A stretch of 63,764 bases of DNA from an uncultured Myxococcales bacterium. Lineage in GTDB: Bacteria; Myxococcota_A; Polyangia; Palsa-1104; JAEUJZ01. Below the pieces are notes generated by a model. It did no database searches and was not told the DNA's origin. It was given only the letters and a program-made list of their open reading frames with translations. Positions 9,307 through 17,459 of this stretch are shown piece by piece. The stretch is taken from contig CALFML010000356.1 in the NCBI GenBank assembly GCA_937879845.1, positions 1 to 63,764 on the forward strand. Reading direction: 5' to 3'. Every line of letters starts with the position of its first letter. Within the stretch, counting starts at the first letter, position 1. Position numbers and translations under genes: made by a program.

Positions 9307-10731
9307 TTAGAACTGATAAGCGAGCGCGAAGTCGAGAAGCTGGGTGCCGCTGTCGATCACCTCGGTATGGCGGTAGGTATAGTCGAACTTGACCGCGACT
9401 TCGAAGATCGGCTTGAACGTGAGTCCGGCGACATAGGCGCTGCGATCGAAGCCGGGCTGCTGCGGCACCGCCAGCTGCGCCTCCGGTACGTCGAGCTGGG
9501 TGCTGGTCCGGTCGTAACGGAAAAACGCCGCGAGCTGCATTCCCGAGCGCAGGTGCAGCGGGTGCAGCAGGTCATAGCCGACCTCGAGGTAGCCGCCCAG
9601 GAGCTGCCGCGCCACCGGACCCGCCGCGGCATTTATGAGCGCAAGGGTCTGATTGAGCTGCGCCGCATCGTGAATGTAGACATAGGAGAGCTGGCCGCGG
9701 GTGACAAATCCCGCCCGCCCGAAGCGCGCATCGAGCGCCGCGATCGTCACGCTCACCCCGCCGAGGTTCGGATCCCCCTGGCTCGCCCCCGCGTAATATC
9801 CCGACAGTCCCAAGTTGGCTCCGAGCAGCGGCGCCCAGTCGAGCCGTCCGGTGAGACCGAAGTCGCGCGTCTTGGGAAGGTTCCCTTGCACCCCGCCGCG
9901 GATTCCGGTCGCGGCAGAGAAGCCCTCGGCGCGCAGTCCGGGCGTGACATACAGCTGGTAGCGCAGGGCGCCCACCGCCCCATAGAAGCCGACCACGAGC
10001 TGCTTCCAGGTGCTCGGGATGATGTAGACATCGACGTCCGGCCGCTCGACCCCGTTAAAGGTCGAGGGCTCATGGAATAGGTTGATGAGGTTTACGGGAA
10101 CGATGGTCATGCCGGCGCGCACGTTGAAGTAGCGCCGGATGGTGAAGTCGATGATCATCTGCTCGACGGCGATCTCGCCGTGTTCTTCGCTGGAGGTGAA
10201 GGCGTGCTCCCACTCGATCTCAGCGAAGTAGCGGATGTGCTCCGTGAAGTTATAGCCGACATAGATGACGGTGCGGCGCAGATCGGCGATCGCCGGCGCC
10301 GAGCGATCGACCGGCAGGTTGAGCGTGACCTCGCCGTAGCCGCCGATCGCCGCGCCGCGCTGACCGGCGGCGCGCGGGTCCAGAGATACGTCGACCTGAA
10401 ACTCGCGCGCCAGGTTGAACAGACTCGACTTGATGGCGCGCTTTGGCTGATCGCCGACCAGATGCGGGGACTGCAGCGGCACGGACTCATGGGAATCCGC
10501 AGACACCGGACTGCTGTTGGTTGCGGCGGGGGGGGATGCGGCGGAGGGCGGGGCGGGGGACGCAGCGGCGGGCGCAGAAGCGGCTTCCGCCTCCGCGGGC
10601 AGCTCGATGACAGGACCGGTCCCTGCGCCGGTCTGCGGTGGAGCCGCAGCCGCGCGCGGCGCCGCAAACCACACGAGGGCCTGGATGACAAAGCTGAGAA
10701 AAAGGAAGGAGGAGCGGGGCAGGTGATCCAA
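9307..10731 (-). CDS. Outer-membrane beta-barrel (porin-like) protein
   Basis: TTG 10731 with AAGGGAG 5 nt upstream. Signal peptide, then a Pro/Ala-rich linker. Alternating beta-strand pattern throughout, and C-terminal ...FALAYQF (aromatic terminus typical of OMPs). Confidence 0.6.
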   Translation of the reverse strand: MDHLPRSSFLFLSFVIQALVWFAAPRAAAAPPQTGAGTGPVIELPAEAEAASAPAAASPAPPSAASPPAATNSSPVSADSHESVPLQSPHLVGDQPKRAIKSSLFNLAREFQVDVSLDPRAAGQRGAAIGGYGEVTLNLPVDRSAPAIADLRRTVIYVGYNFTEHIRYFAEIEWEHAFTSSEEHGEIAVEQMIIDFTIRRYFNVRAGMTIVPVNLINLFHEPSTFNGVERPDVDVYIIPSTWKQLVVGFYGAVGALRYQLYVTPGLRAEGFSAATGIRGGVQGNLPKTRDFGLTGRLDWAPLLGANLGLSGYYAGASQGDPNLGGVSVTIAALDARFGRAGFVTRGQLSYVYIHDAAQLNQTLALINAAAGPVARQLLGGYLEVGYDLLHPLHLRSGMQLAAFFRYDRTSTQLDVPEAQLAVPQQPGFDRSAYVAGLTFKPIFEVAVKFDYTYRHTEVIDSGTQLLDFALAYQF

Positions 10732-10749
10732 GAGACTCCCTTCGAGCGG

Positions 10750-11592
10750 CTAGCTCAGGTTGACCTGGGTGACCGTGAGGCCCAGCGCGGTGGCGACCTG
10801 GGTGAGCGCCCGGCTCAGCTCATCGCACTCTCGCAGGAGCGCCGCCTTATCGGCGATGGCAGCGGCGGAGGCGTGCGCGCGTACCTGCTGCAAGAGGTCG
10901 CGTAAAAGCAGCGTAATGCGCTCATCGAGCGCGGCATCGGAGCCGGCAACAAGCGGCGAAAGGATGGCGTAGACCGCTTGCAGCCCGACGAGGTCATGCT
11001 CGACCGTGAGCAGCTCCGCGCCGGCATAGGGGCTGGCGGAGCCGTCGAACTTGGTGGCGGCAAGTGCGGCCACCGCAGACAGACTCCCGATGAGCGCGGC
11101 CCCGGAGAGCGCGCGACCGTGATCCGGAACCGCGGCGTGTAGAGCCGCCGCGGCATTGGCAAACGTCGCGGTGAGCCGATCCAGCTCGGCCGGCGCGGCG
11201 GGGGTTGGGGCAAAAAGCGCCGTCTCCAGCTGCCGCAGCCCGTCGCGCGCCAGCCCATCATCGAGATGGCCGTCGAGCGTGAAGTCCAGCTCCGCCGCCA
11301 CCACCAGGAACACCGCGAGCCCGCGTTCATAGGCGGCGCGGGCGCGGAGCCAAGACTTTTGCGCCGCCTGCAGGTTCGGCGGGGCGCCCGAGTCCGGAAC
11401 GACCTGGAGCCGCAGCGCGAAGCCGGCCTGCGCCAGCGTGTCGGCTTGCAGGCTCGCGTAGTCGCGCACCGGTCCATCGGCTAGCGCATCCACGAGGGCA
11501 GGGCTGGTGCGGGCATCTACAGCACAGTCTGCTATTCCGACAAGCAGAGCCAACAGTGGGACCCCCAGACGGAGCTGCTTAGGAAGCTTCAT
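10750..11592 (-). CDS. Imelysin-like (peptidase M75 fold) lipoprotein
   Basis: ATG 11592 gives MKLPKQLRLGVPLLALLVGIADC (lipobox). AAQKSWLRARAAYERGLAVF and the two-lobed helical layout resemble imelysin/EfeO-M75 proteins; no HxxE motif is seen. The start is uncertain (TTG 11619 is the alternative). Confidence 0.5.
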   Translation of the reverse strand: MKLPKQLRLGVPLLALLVGIADCAVDARTSPALVDALADGPVRDYASLQADTLAQAGFALRLQVVPDSGAPPNLQAAQKSWLRARAAYERGLAVFLVVAAELDFTLDGHLDDGLARDGLRQLETALFAPTPAAPAELDRLTATFANAAAALHAAVPDHGRALSGAALIGSLSAVAALAATKFDGSASPYAGAELLTVEHDLVGLQAVYAILSPLVAGSDAALDERITLLLRDLLQQVRAHASAAAIADKAALLRECDELSRALTQVATALGLTVTQVNLS

Positions 11593-11737
11593 AGGAGGAT
11601 TGAAAATCACGATCCACAAATTGCGTCAACAAGACCGGCGGGGACCGGCATCGGCTGAGCACGCTGGCCCGGGGCGGCGGCGAACGGGGCTTGTGCCTCG
11701 TCGGCAGCTGGGGCATAACCCTCTTCCAGTCGGCATC

Positions 11738-14446
11738 ATGACCCTGTTTGGTGAAAGTGACCTCAACCCGCCGCAGCTGCAGGCGGTGCATCACGATGGC
11801 GGACCGCTCCTGCTCCTGGCGGGGGCGGGGTCGGGCAAGACGCGCGTCATCACCTACCGCCTTGCCGAGCTCCTGCGCCGCGGCGCCGATCCCGAGCGCA
11901 TCATGGCCGTCACCTTCACCAACAAGGCCGCCGGTGAGCTGCGCGGCCGGACGGAGAAGCTGGTCGAGCAGACCTTCGGCGCCACCGGCTCGGGCGACGC
12001 CGCCGATGCCGACCTGCCGTGGCCGCTGCGCCCGCGGCGGCCGCGGGTGCCGCGCTGGATCGGCACCTTCCACTCCATCGGGGCGCGTCTCCTGCGGCGC
12101 CTCGCCCCGCGCGCCGGGCTGCCCCAGGACTTCGTGATCCTCGACGAAGACGACCAGCTCAAGGTGTGCAAGCAGCTGTGCGAGGAGTTCAAGCTCGACG
12201 AGCTGGCCATGCCGCCGCGCGCCCTCCGCGCCGCCATCGACCGCGCCAAGAACCAGTGCATCCTGCCGGAGACCTACCGCGGTCACGACTACTTCACCGA
12301 TCTGGTCGCCAAGCTGTACGCCCGCTACAAGGCGCGGCTTTTGGAGCTCGGCGCCGCCGACTTCGGCGACCTGCTGCTCTGGCCGGTGGTGCTGTGCGAG
12401 AGCGACCCGGAGGTCCGGCTGGCCCTGAGCAGCCGCTTCCAGCACGTGCTGGTCGATGAGTTCCAAGACGTCAACACGGTGCAATACCGGCTGCTCCTGC
12501 ATCTGGCGGAGCGCAGCCGCAACCTGGTGGTGGTCGGCGACGACGATCAGGCGATCTACGGCTGGCGCGGTGCCAACGTGCGCATCCTGCTCGACTTCGA
12601 GCGCGACTGGCCCGACGCCCAGGTCATCAAGCTGGAGGAGAACTATCGCTCCTCCCAGGTCATCCTCGACGCCGCCCACGCGGTGGTGACGCGCAACCCG
12701 GAGCGCCGGGACAAGCGCCTGTTCACCCGCCGTGAAGGCGGCGAACTCATCCTGTGTCACCAGGCCCAGGACGAGCGGCACGAGGCCGCGTTCGTCGTGC
12801 AGACGCTCCTGCTGCTTCAGGCCGAACAGGGCTACGAGCCCGCCGACTTCGCCATCATCTACCGCACCAACGCCCAGTCGCGGGTGCTCGAAGAGGCGCT
12901 GCGCGCCGTCGATGCGCCGTACACCGTGGTCGGCGGCATGCGCTTTTACGATCGGGCGGAGGTCAAGGACATCCTCGCCTACCTGCGCCTGTGCCAAAAT
13001 CCCGCCGATGAGCTGGCGCTGCGCCGGGTGATCAACGTCCCGGCGCGCGGCATCGGCCCGAGCACCGTCGGCAAGCTCGAAGCGCAGGCGCGCCTTAGCG
13101 GGGTGCCGCTGTGGCAGGCGCTGCAAAATGCCCTGCACGACGAGTCGATCGTCTCCGCCGGACCGCGGCGCAAGCTGCAGACGTTCGCCGACCTCATCGA
13201 GCAGCTGCGCGAGCTCGCCGGCCGTGTCGGCCTCACCGAGCTGGCGCAGCAGGTGGTGCAGCGCTCCGGCTACCTGCACATGCTGCGGCCCGACGATCCC
13301 GAAGATCAGTCGCGCATCGAGAACGTGCAGGAGCTCCTCGGGTCGATCGAAGAGCAGGAGCGCGAGGCGGCGGAGCAGGTGGCGCTGTGGACCGCGGAGC
13401 GTTCAGTGCTGGCAGTACAAGCCGGGCCGGCCGGTCGGCCGGACGCGGCGGCGGGCGAGAGCGGGCTCCTGTTCGAAGACGAGTCGCCGCGGCTGCTTAA
13501 CCTCGGCGACTACCTGACCCGCGTCGCGCTGCAGAGCGGCGAGGAAGTTCCCGGCGCCAGCCGCGGCATTCAGCTCATGACCGCGCACGCCGCCAAGGGC
13601 CTGGAGTTCAAGGTCGTGCTCATCACCGGTCTGGAAGACGGGCTGTTCCCCTCGCTGCGCCCCGGCACCATGGAGAGCGAAGAGGCGGTGCAGCTGCGCT
13701 TGTGCGAGGAGCGGCGCCTGGCCTACGTCGCGCTCACCCGCGCCCGCGAGCGGCTGATCCTGACCCACGCCTACAGCCGTCGCCTCTACGGCGGCCAGCC
13801 GCGCATCGCCCTGCCGAGCCGCTTCCTCTCCGAGATCCCGCCGGAGCTGCTGGACCGCCGCGGCAGCCCCGCCGGAGCGAGCCCGTGGTCCTCCGGGTCG
13901 GGGTACGCGGCCGGCTCCCGCTACCTGCCGCGCAGGTCGGGGTGGCCGCCAAGTTCTGGGGAGTCCGACAGCTCGGACTTGGACATCTCGCAAGACGCCT
14001 ATCCCCCGCCGGCCGCGCCGCGGGCGGTCATCGACGACGGTGAGCTGCGCGTCGAGCGGGACGATGGCAGCGGCTTTGCCGCCGCGGTCTCGCCGTCCGG
14101 GCCGGATGATGTCGCGGCGGCGCTGTTTTCACGCGGGCGGCGGCGGCCCGCACCGGCGCGCGGCCCGCAGCGGATCGGCGAAGTGTTAGGAAACATCCTT
14201 GGCAGCGCCGGCCGCGCCTCCGCGGCGGCGCGCTCCGACGGCCTGCGGGTCGAGTATGAGGACGGCAGCGGCGGCTTCGCCATCGGCCAGACGGTCCGCC
14301 ACCGCCAGCTCGGGCTCGGCCGGGTCGAGGCCATCTCGCCGCAGCACGGCGGGGCGCTGCTCACCGTTCGCTTTGCCAGCGGCGAAAAAAAGACCATCAA
14401 AGCCGGCTTCCTCGAGCCCGTGGCCGACCCATCGTTCGAGTCGTAA
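11738..14446 (+). CDS. UvrD/PcrA/Rep-family SF1 DNA helicase with long linker and C-terminal Tudor-like domain
   Basis: ATG 11738 gives MTLFGESDLNPPQLQAV..AGAGSGKT (Walker A). Further helicase motifs are VDEFQDVN, ENYRSS, MTAHAAKGLEF and YVALTRAR. The C-terminus GQTVRHRQLGLGRVEAI..LTVRFASGEKKTIKAGFLEP resembles the PcrA/UvrD RNAP-interaction domain. Confidence 0.9.
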   Translation: MTLFGESDLNPPQLQAVHHDGGPLLLLAGAGSGKTRVITYRLAELLRRGADPERIMAVTFTNKAAGELRGRTEKLVEQTFGATGSGDAADADLPWPLRPRRPRVPRWIGTFHSIGARLLRRLAPRAGLPQDFVILDEDDQLKVCKQLCEEFKLDELAMPPRALRAAIDRAKNQCILPETYRGHDYFTDLVAKLYARYKARLLELGAADFGDLLLWPVVLCESDPEVRLALSSRFQHVLVDEFQDVNTVQYRLLLHLAERSRNLVVVGDDDQAIYGWRGANVRILLDFERDWPDAQVIKLEENYRSSQVILDAAHAVVTRNPERRDKRLFTRREGGELILCHQAQDERHEAAFVVQTLLLLQAEQGYEPADFAIIYRTNAQSRVLEEALRAVDAPYTVVGGMRFYDRAEVKDILAYLRLCQNPADELALRRVINVPARGIGPSTVGKLEAQARLSGVPLWQALQNALHDESIVSAGPRRKLQTFADLIEQLRELAGRVGLTELAQQVVQRSGYLHMLRPDDPEDQSRIENVQELLGSIEEQEREAAEQVALWTAERSVLAVQAGPAGRPDAAAGESGLLFEDESPRLLNLGDYLTRVALQSGEEVPGASRGIQLMTAHAAKGLEFKVVLITGLEDGLFPSLRPGTMESEEAVQLRLCEERRLAYVALTRARERLILTHAYSRRLYGGQPRIALPSRFLSEIPPELLDRRGSPAGASPWSSGSGYAAGSRYLPRRSGWPPSSGESDSSDLDISQDAYPPPAAPRAVIDDGELRVERDDGSGFAAAVSPSGPDDVAAALFSRGRRRPAPARGPQRIGEVLGNILGSAGRASAAARSDGLRVEYEDGSGGFAIGQTVRHRQLGLGRVEAISPQHGGALLTVRFASGEKKTIKAGFLEPVADPSFES

Positions 14447-14455
14447 GGAGACTAC

Positions 14456-15676
14456 GTGGACGCGGCAGCGCGTACGGAGGGAGCGGGGCGGGTGGCGCGG
14501 GTGCGGGCGCGCGTCCGGGCGTTCATCCGGCTCCTTTTGCGCGAGCACCGCAGTCCCGGCCGGGTCGCGGCCGCCCTGCTCGTCGGGTTTATCATCGGCT
14601 GCACCCCTTTGTTCGGGCTGCAGATATTTCTGTGCATGGGCCTTGCGTGGGCCCTGCGCCTGAACCTGCCGATCATGTACGGGGCCGCCAACATCTCCAT
14701 CCCGCCGCTCGTGCCGCTGCTCGGGTGGGCGTCGGTGGAGCTTGGGACCTATACCGCGACCGGACATTTTCTGGCGCTCCGCCGCGCCGATTTCCACGCC
14801 GCGGCCTTGCCTCGGACGCTGGAGACCTGCTTCTGGGCGTGGCTGCGCGGCGGCGTGCTGCTGGGCGCGGCGCTGGGGGTGGTAATTGGTGGCATCGTCT
14901 ACGTGCTGCTTCGTCTGCGCCGCGGCGCTCCGCTCCGGGAGGAATCCATGGCCATCGCTGAACCCGAGACTGGGCTTGCCGCCCTTGTGCCGGCGGAGCA
15001 GGCGCCGGCGATTGCGGCGGCGCTGTCTGCCGCCGCCCAGCGCTATAGGCGCACGCCGCGCCGCTTCCGCTACTACGCCCTTCTTAAGTACCGCCTGGAT
15101 CCGTGCTACCGCGCCCTATGCGCCCGCATTCCCGTCGGCGCTCACGTGGTCGATCTGGGCTGCGGCTTGGGCATGCTGGCCGTCGCGCTGGCCGAGCTCG
15201 GCGGCGCGCGGCGGACCCTGGGCGTAGACTGGGACGGCGAAAAGATCGCCGCCGGCCAGCAAGCGGCGGCGGACCTGCCGGCGGTGACGCTGCAGCGCGG
15301 CGACCTGCGCCAGCACGAGCTGCCGCCGTGCGACGTCATCACCCTGGTGGACGTGCTGCACTACTACGAGCCGGCGGTGCAGACCCAGGTGCTGCAGCGC
15401 GCCGCTGCCGCCCTGCGCCCCGGCGGCCAGCTGCTCATCCGCGAGACCGATCCGGAGCGCCGCGGCGCGGTGCGGCTCACCCGCTTCATCGAGCGCCTGA
15501 TGGTGCGCCTGGGCTGGAACCGCGGTCCCAACGTCCATTACCGCCCCCTCCCTGAGCTTCACGCCGAGCTCAGAGAGCTGGGCCTTTTCATCTCGCAGCT
15601 CGAGCTCGCCGGAGCGACCCATCCGGGCAACGTCCTTATCTGCGCCCGCAAGCCCGATCCGAACGCCGCTGCCTAG
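14456..15676 (+). CDS. Fusion of DUF2062-like membrane domain and class I SAM-dependent methyltransferase
   Basis: GTG 14456 with AAGGAG 5 nt upstream. The N-terminal half SPGRVAAALLVGFIIGCTPLFGLQIFLCMGLAWALRLNLP is DUF2062-like. The C-terminal half has VVDLGCGLGMLAVALAE (motif I) and ITLVDVLHY. Confidence 0.7.
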   Translation: MDAAARTEGAGRVARVRARVRAFIRLLLREHRSPGRVAAALLVGFIIGCTPLFGLQIFLCMGLAWALRLNLPIMYGAANISIPPLVPLLGWASVELGTYTATGHFLALRRADFHAAALPRTLETCFWAWLRGGVLLGAALGVVIGGIVYVLLRLRRGAPLREESMAIAEPETGLAALVPAEQAPAIAAALSAAAQRYRRTPRRFRYYALLKYRLDPCYRALCARIPVGAHVVDLGCGLGMLAVALAELGGARRTLGVDWDGEKIAAGQQAAADLPAVTLQRGDLRQHELPPCDVITLVDVLHYYEPAVQTQVLQRAAAALRPGGQLLIRETDPERRGAVRLTRFIERLMVRLGWNRGPNVHYRPLPELHAELRELGLFISQLELAGATHPGNVLICARKPDPNAAA

Positions 15677-15695
15677 CCGCACCGACAGTCGCCGC

Positions 15696-15717
15696 GCCGA
15701 TCTAGAGCCGATCTAGA
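15696..15717. repeat. Perfect tandem duplication of an 11-bp unit (gccgatctaga x2) in an intergenic region
   Basis: Read directly at 15696-15706 and 15707-15717. Confidence 0.85.
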
Positions 15718-15771
15718 GCCGCCCGGGCGCTTCCGCTTGACGTCGCGGCAGGACCGCGGTTTGCTCCCGCC

Positions 15772-17226
15772 ATGCAGATCACCGGAAACACGTTTGGTTT
15801 CGCCTCGTTGCGCCGCCGTGCGCGCTTTTCCCGACGGCACAGCTGCGGCCTTGGCGCCGGCGCCGTGCTCGCCGCCGCCCTGCTCAGCGGCACGACCGCG
15901 TCGGCGCAGACGCTGACCTATGGGCCGATCCTGGGCCGCGGCTACACCCCGGATCAGACCATCGTGCGCTGGGGCACCGGCGCCGCGGCCGACGCCACGA
16001 CCGTCGCCTATCGCAAAAAAGGGGCGGCGATGTGGGAGATGAAGACCGGCACCGCGGCGCGCGATCATGAGGTCGTCCTCGCCAGCCTCTCTCCCGGGGA
16101 GACCTACGAGTACGAGGTCCGCAGCCTCACCGGCGCGCCGCAGGGCGCCGCGTTCACGACCTGCCCGCTGCCCGGCCGGCCGATGGACTTCGTGTTCTAC
16201 GGCGACAGCCGCACCGGCTTCGGCACGATGGCCGGGGAGCACGCCAAGGTCGTCGCCCAGCTCACGCTCAAGAGCCCGGAGATGGTCTTCGAGAGCGGCG
16301 ACATCGTTCCCAACGGCACCTACGCGCAGTACCTGAGCGAGTTTTTTCCCGTCGCCAACGCCCTGGTCCGCGGAACGCCGTTCATGGCGGCGCCGGGCAA
16401 CCATGACGCAATCTCCGACCTGGCCAATAACTACGGCCAGGTCTTTCCGTCCCCGCGTCCGGCGGGGGCGGCGTGGCAGTCCTATTACGCCTTCAGCTGC
16501 GGCAACGCGCGGTTCCTCAGCCTCGACAGCAATAAAGTGACCGATGCCGACCAGCTCAAGTTCATAACCGATCAGCTGCAGGCGGCGCGCGACGACGCGA
16601 TGACCGATCACGTCTTCATCTGGCTGCATCACGCCCCGTACTCGGTGGGCAGCCACGGCGACAACAGCACGGTGCAGAGCAAGTGGGTACCTATCTTCAA
16701 CCGCCCCGAGTACAAGGTCACCGCCGTGTTCGCCGGCCACGATCACCTGTACGCGCGCATGGACGACAGCAGCACCGTGGCCTATATCGTCTCGGGCGGG
16801 GCCGGGGCCAACCTCTACTCCGACTCCGGCAGCAGCAAGGCGAAAAAAGTCATCTCCAAGATGGTCTATAACTTCGTCTCCATCCACCTCGCCGGCCGCA
16901 CCATGAGCGCCGTCGCCTACGACGACACCGGCACCGAGATCGACCGCTTCGCCGTCACCAAGTCCGGCACCACCCCCGACGGCGGTGCTACCGACGGCGG
17001 CGTCACCGACGGCGGTGTCACCGACGCCGCGAGCCCGAGCGACAGCAGCGTCCCCGGCCCCGACGGCGGCGTGACATCCGATCTCGCCGCGCCGCCGCCG
17101 CCAAGTGGTGGCTGCACTCAGGCCCGCGGCAGCAGCGGACCCGGTCCCCTGGGACTCGGCGCGCTCCTTGGTCTTGGCGGCCTCCTATCCCTGCGCCGCC
17201 GCCGGTACGCGCTGTCGCGCCGCTGA
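15772..17226 (+). CDS. Secreted calcineurin-like metallophosphoesterase with MYXO-CTERM-type sorting tail
   Basis: RR-type signal RRRARFSRR. Phosphoesterase motifs are YGDSRTG, GDIVPNG, GNHD and GHDHLYAR. A (DGGxT)x3 linker is followed by the tail PPSGGCTQARG..LGLGALLGLGGLLSLRRRR. Confidence 0.8.
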   Translation: MQITGNTFGFASLRRRARFSRRHSCGLGAGAVLAAALLSGTTASAQTLTYGPILGRGYTPDQTIVRWGTGAAADATTVAYRKKGAAMWEMKTGTAARDHEVVLASLSPGETYEYEVRSLTGAPQGAAFTTCPLPGRPMDFVFYGDSRTGFGTMAGEHAKVVAQLTLKSPEMVFESGDIVPNGTYAQYLSEFFPVANALVRGTPFMAAPGNHDAISDLANNYGQVFPSPRPAGAAWQSYYAFSCGNARFLSLDSNKVTDADQLKFITDQLQAARDDAMTDHVFIWLHHAPYSVGSHGDNSTVQSKWVPIFNRPEYKVTAVFAGHDHLYARMDDSSTVAYIVSGGAGANLYSDSGSSKAKKVISKMVYNFVSIHLAGRTMSAVAYDDTGTEIDRFAVTKSGTTPDGGATDGGVTDGGVTDAASPSDSSVPGPDGGVTSDLAAPPPPSGGCTQARGSSGPGPLGLGALLGLGGLLSLRRRRYALSRR

Positions 17227-17459
17227 CCGCCGCCGCCGGCTGCCGCTGCCGGCGCGCTTCGCCGCTTTCCACCCGCCGACTTTCTTCATCGTTGCCAGAC
17301 GTAGTGCCCTCTGAAACCGGATGCCCGCTGCGTCCGGTTGGCGACCCTGCTGCCCCTGTATACCCGACCCTATTTTGTGATAGGGTGGCTACAATGTCCG
17401 CGCTCTGTCCTACGTGATCGCCCGCAGTACGTCCCGAAGCGAAGGAGTCGGTACCACTG

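Noticed and set aside
15750-15765. GG-N10-GC match (aGGACCgcggtTTGCt) upstream of the phosphoesterase gene.
   Set aside because: The -24 hexamer has three mismatches. The GC element is only ~8 nt from ATG 15772, so the predicted start site would fall on or inside the start codon.
16978-17025. Short tandem repeats inside coding regions were checked as possible CRISPR or minisatellite arrays. They are the (DGGxT)x3 repeat here, NAAS x3 at 20350-20385, EATK x3 at 41359-41394, and SRKSP units at 62628-62675.
   Set aside because: All are in-frame 12-15-bp repeats with no spacers. They encode low-complexity linkers and none has CRISPR-like repeat-spacer architecture. No tRNA-like or rRNA-like sequence was seen in any intergenic gap.
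17339-17353. TGGCGA-ccctg-CTGC upstream of the FHA-kinase gene.
   Set aside because: The core spacing is right, but both hexamers deviate (GA for AC, C for T). Matches of this quality are expected by chance in G+C-rich DNA. I kept it only as a weak possibility.
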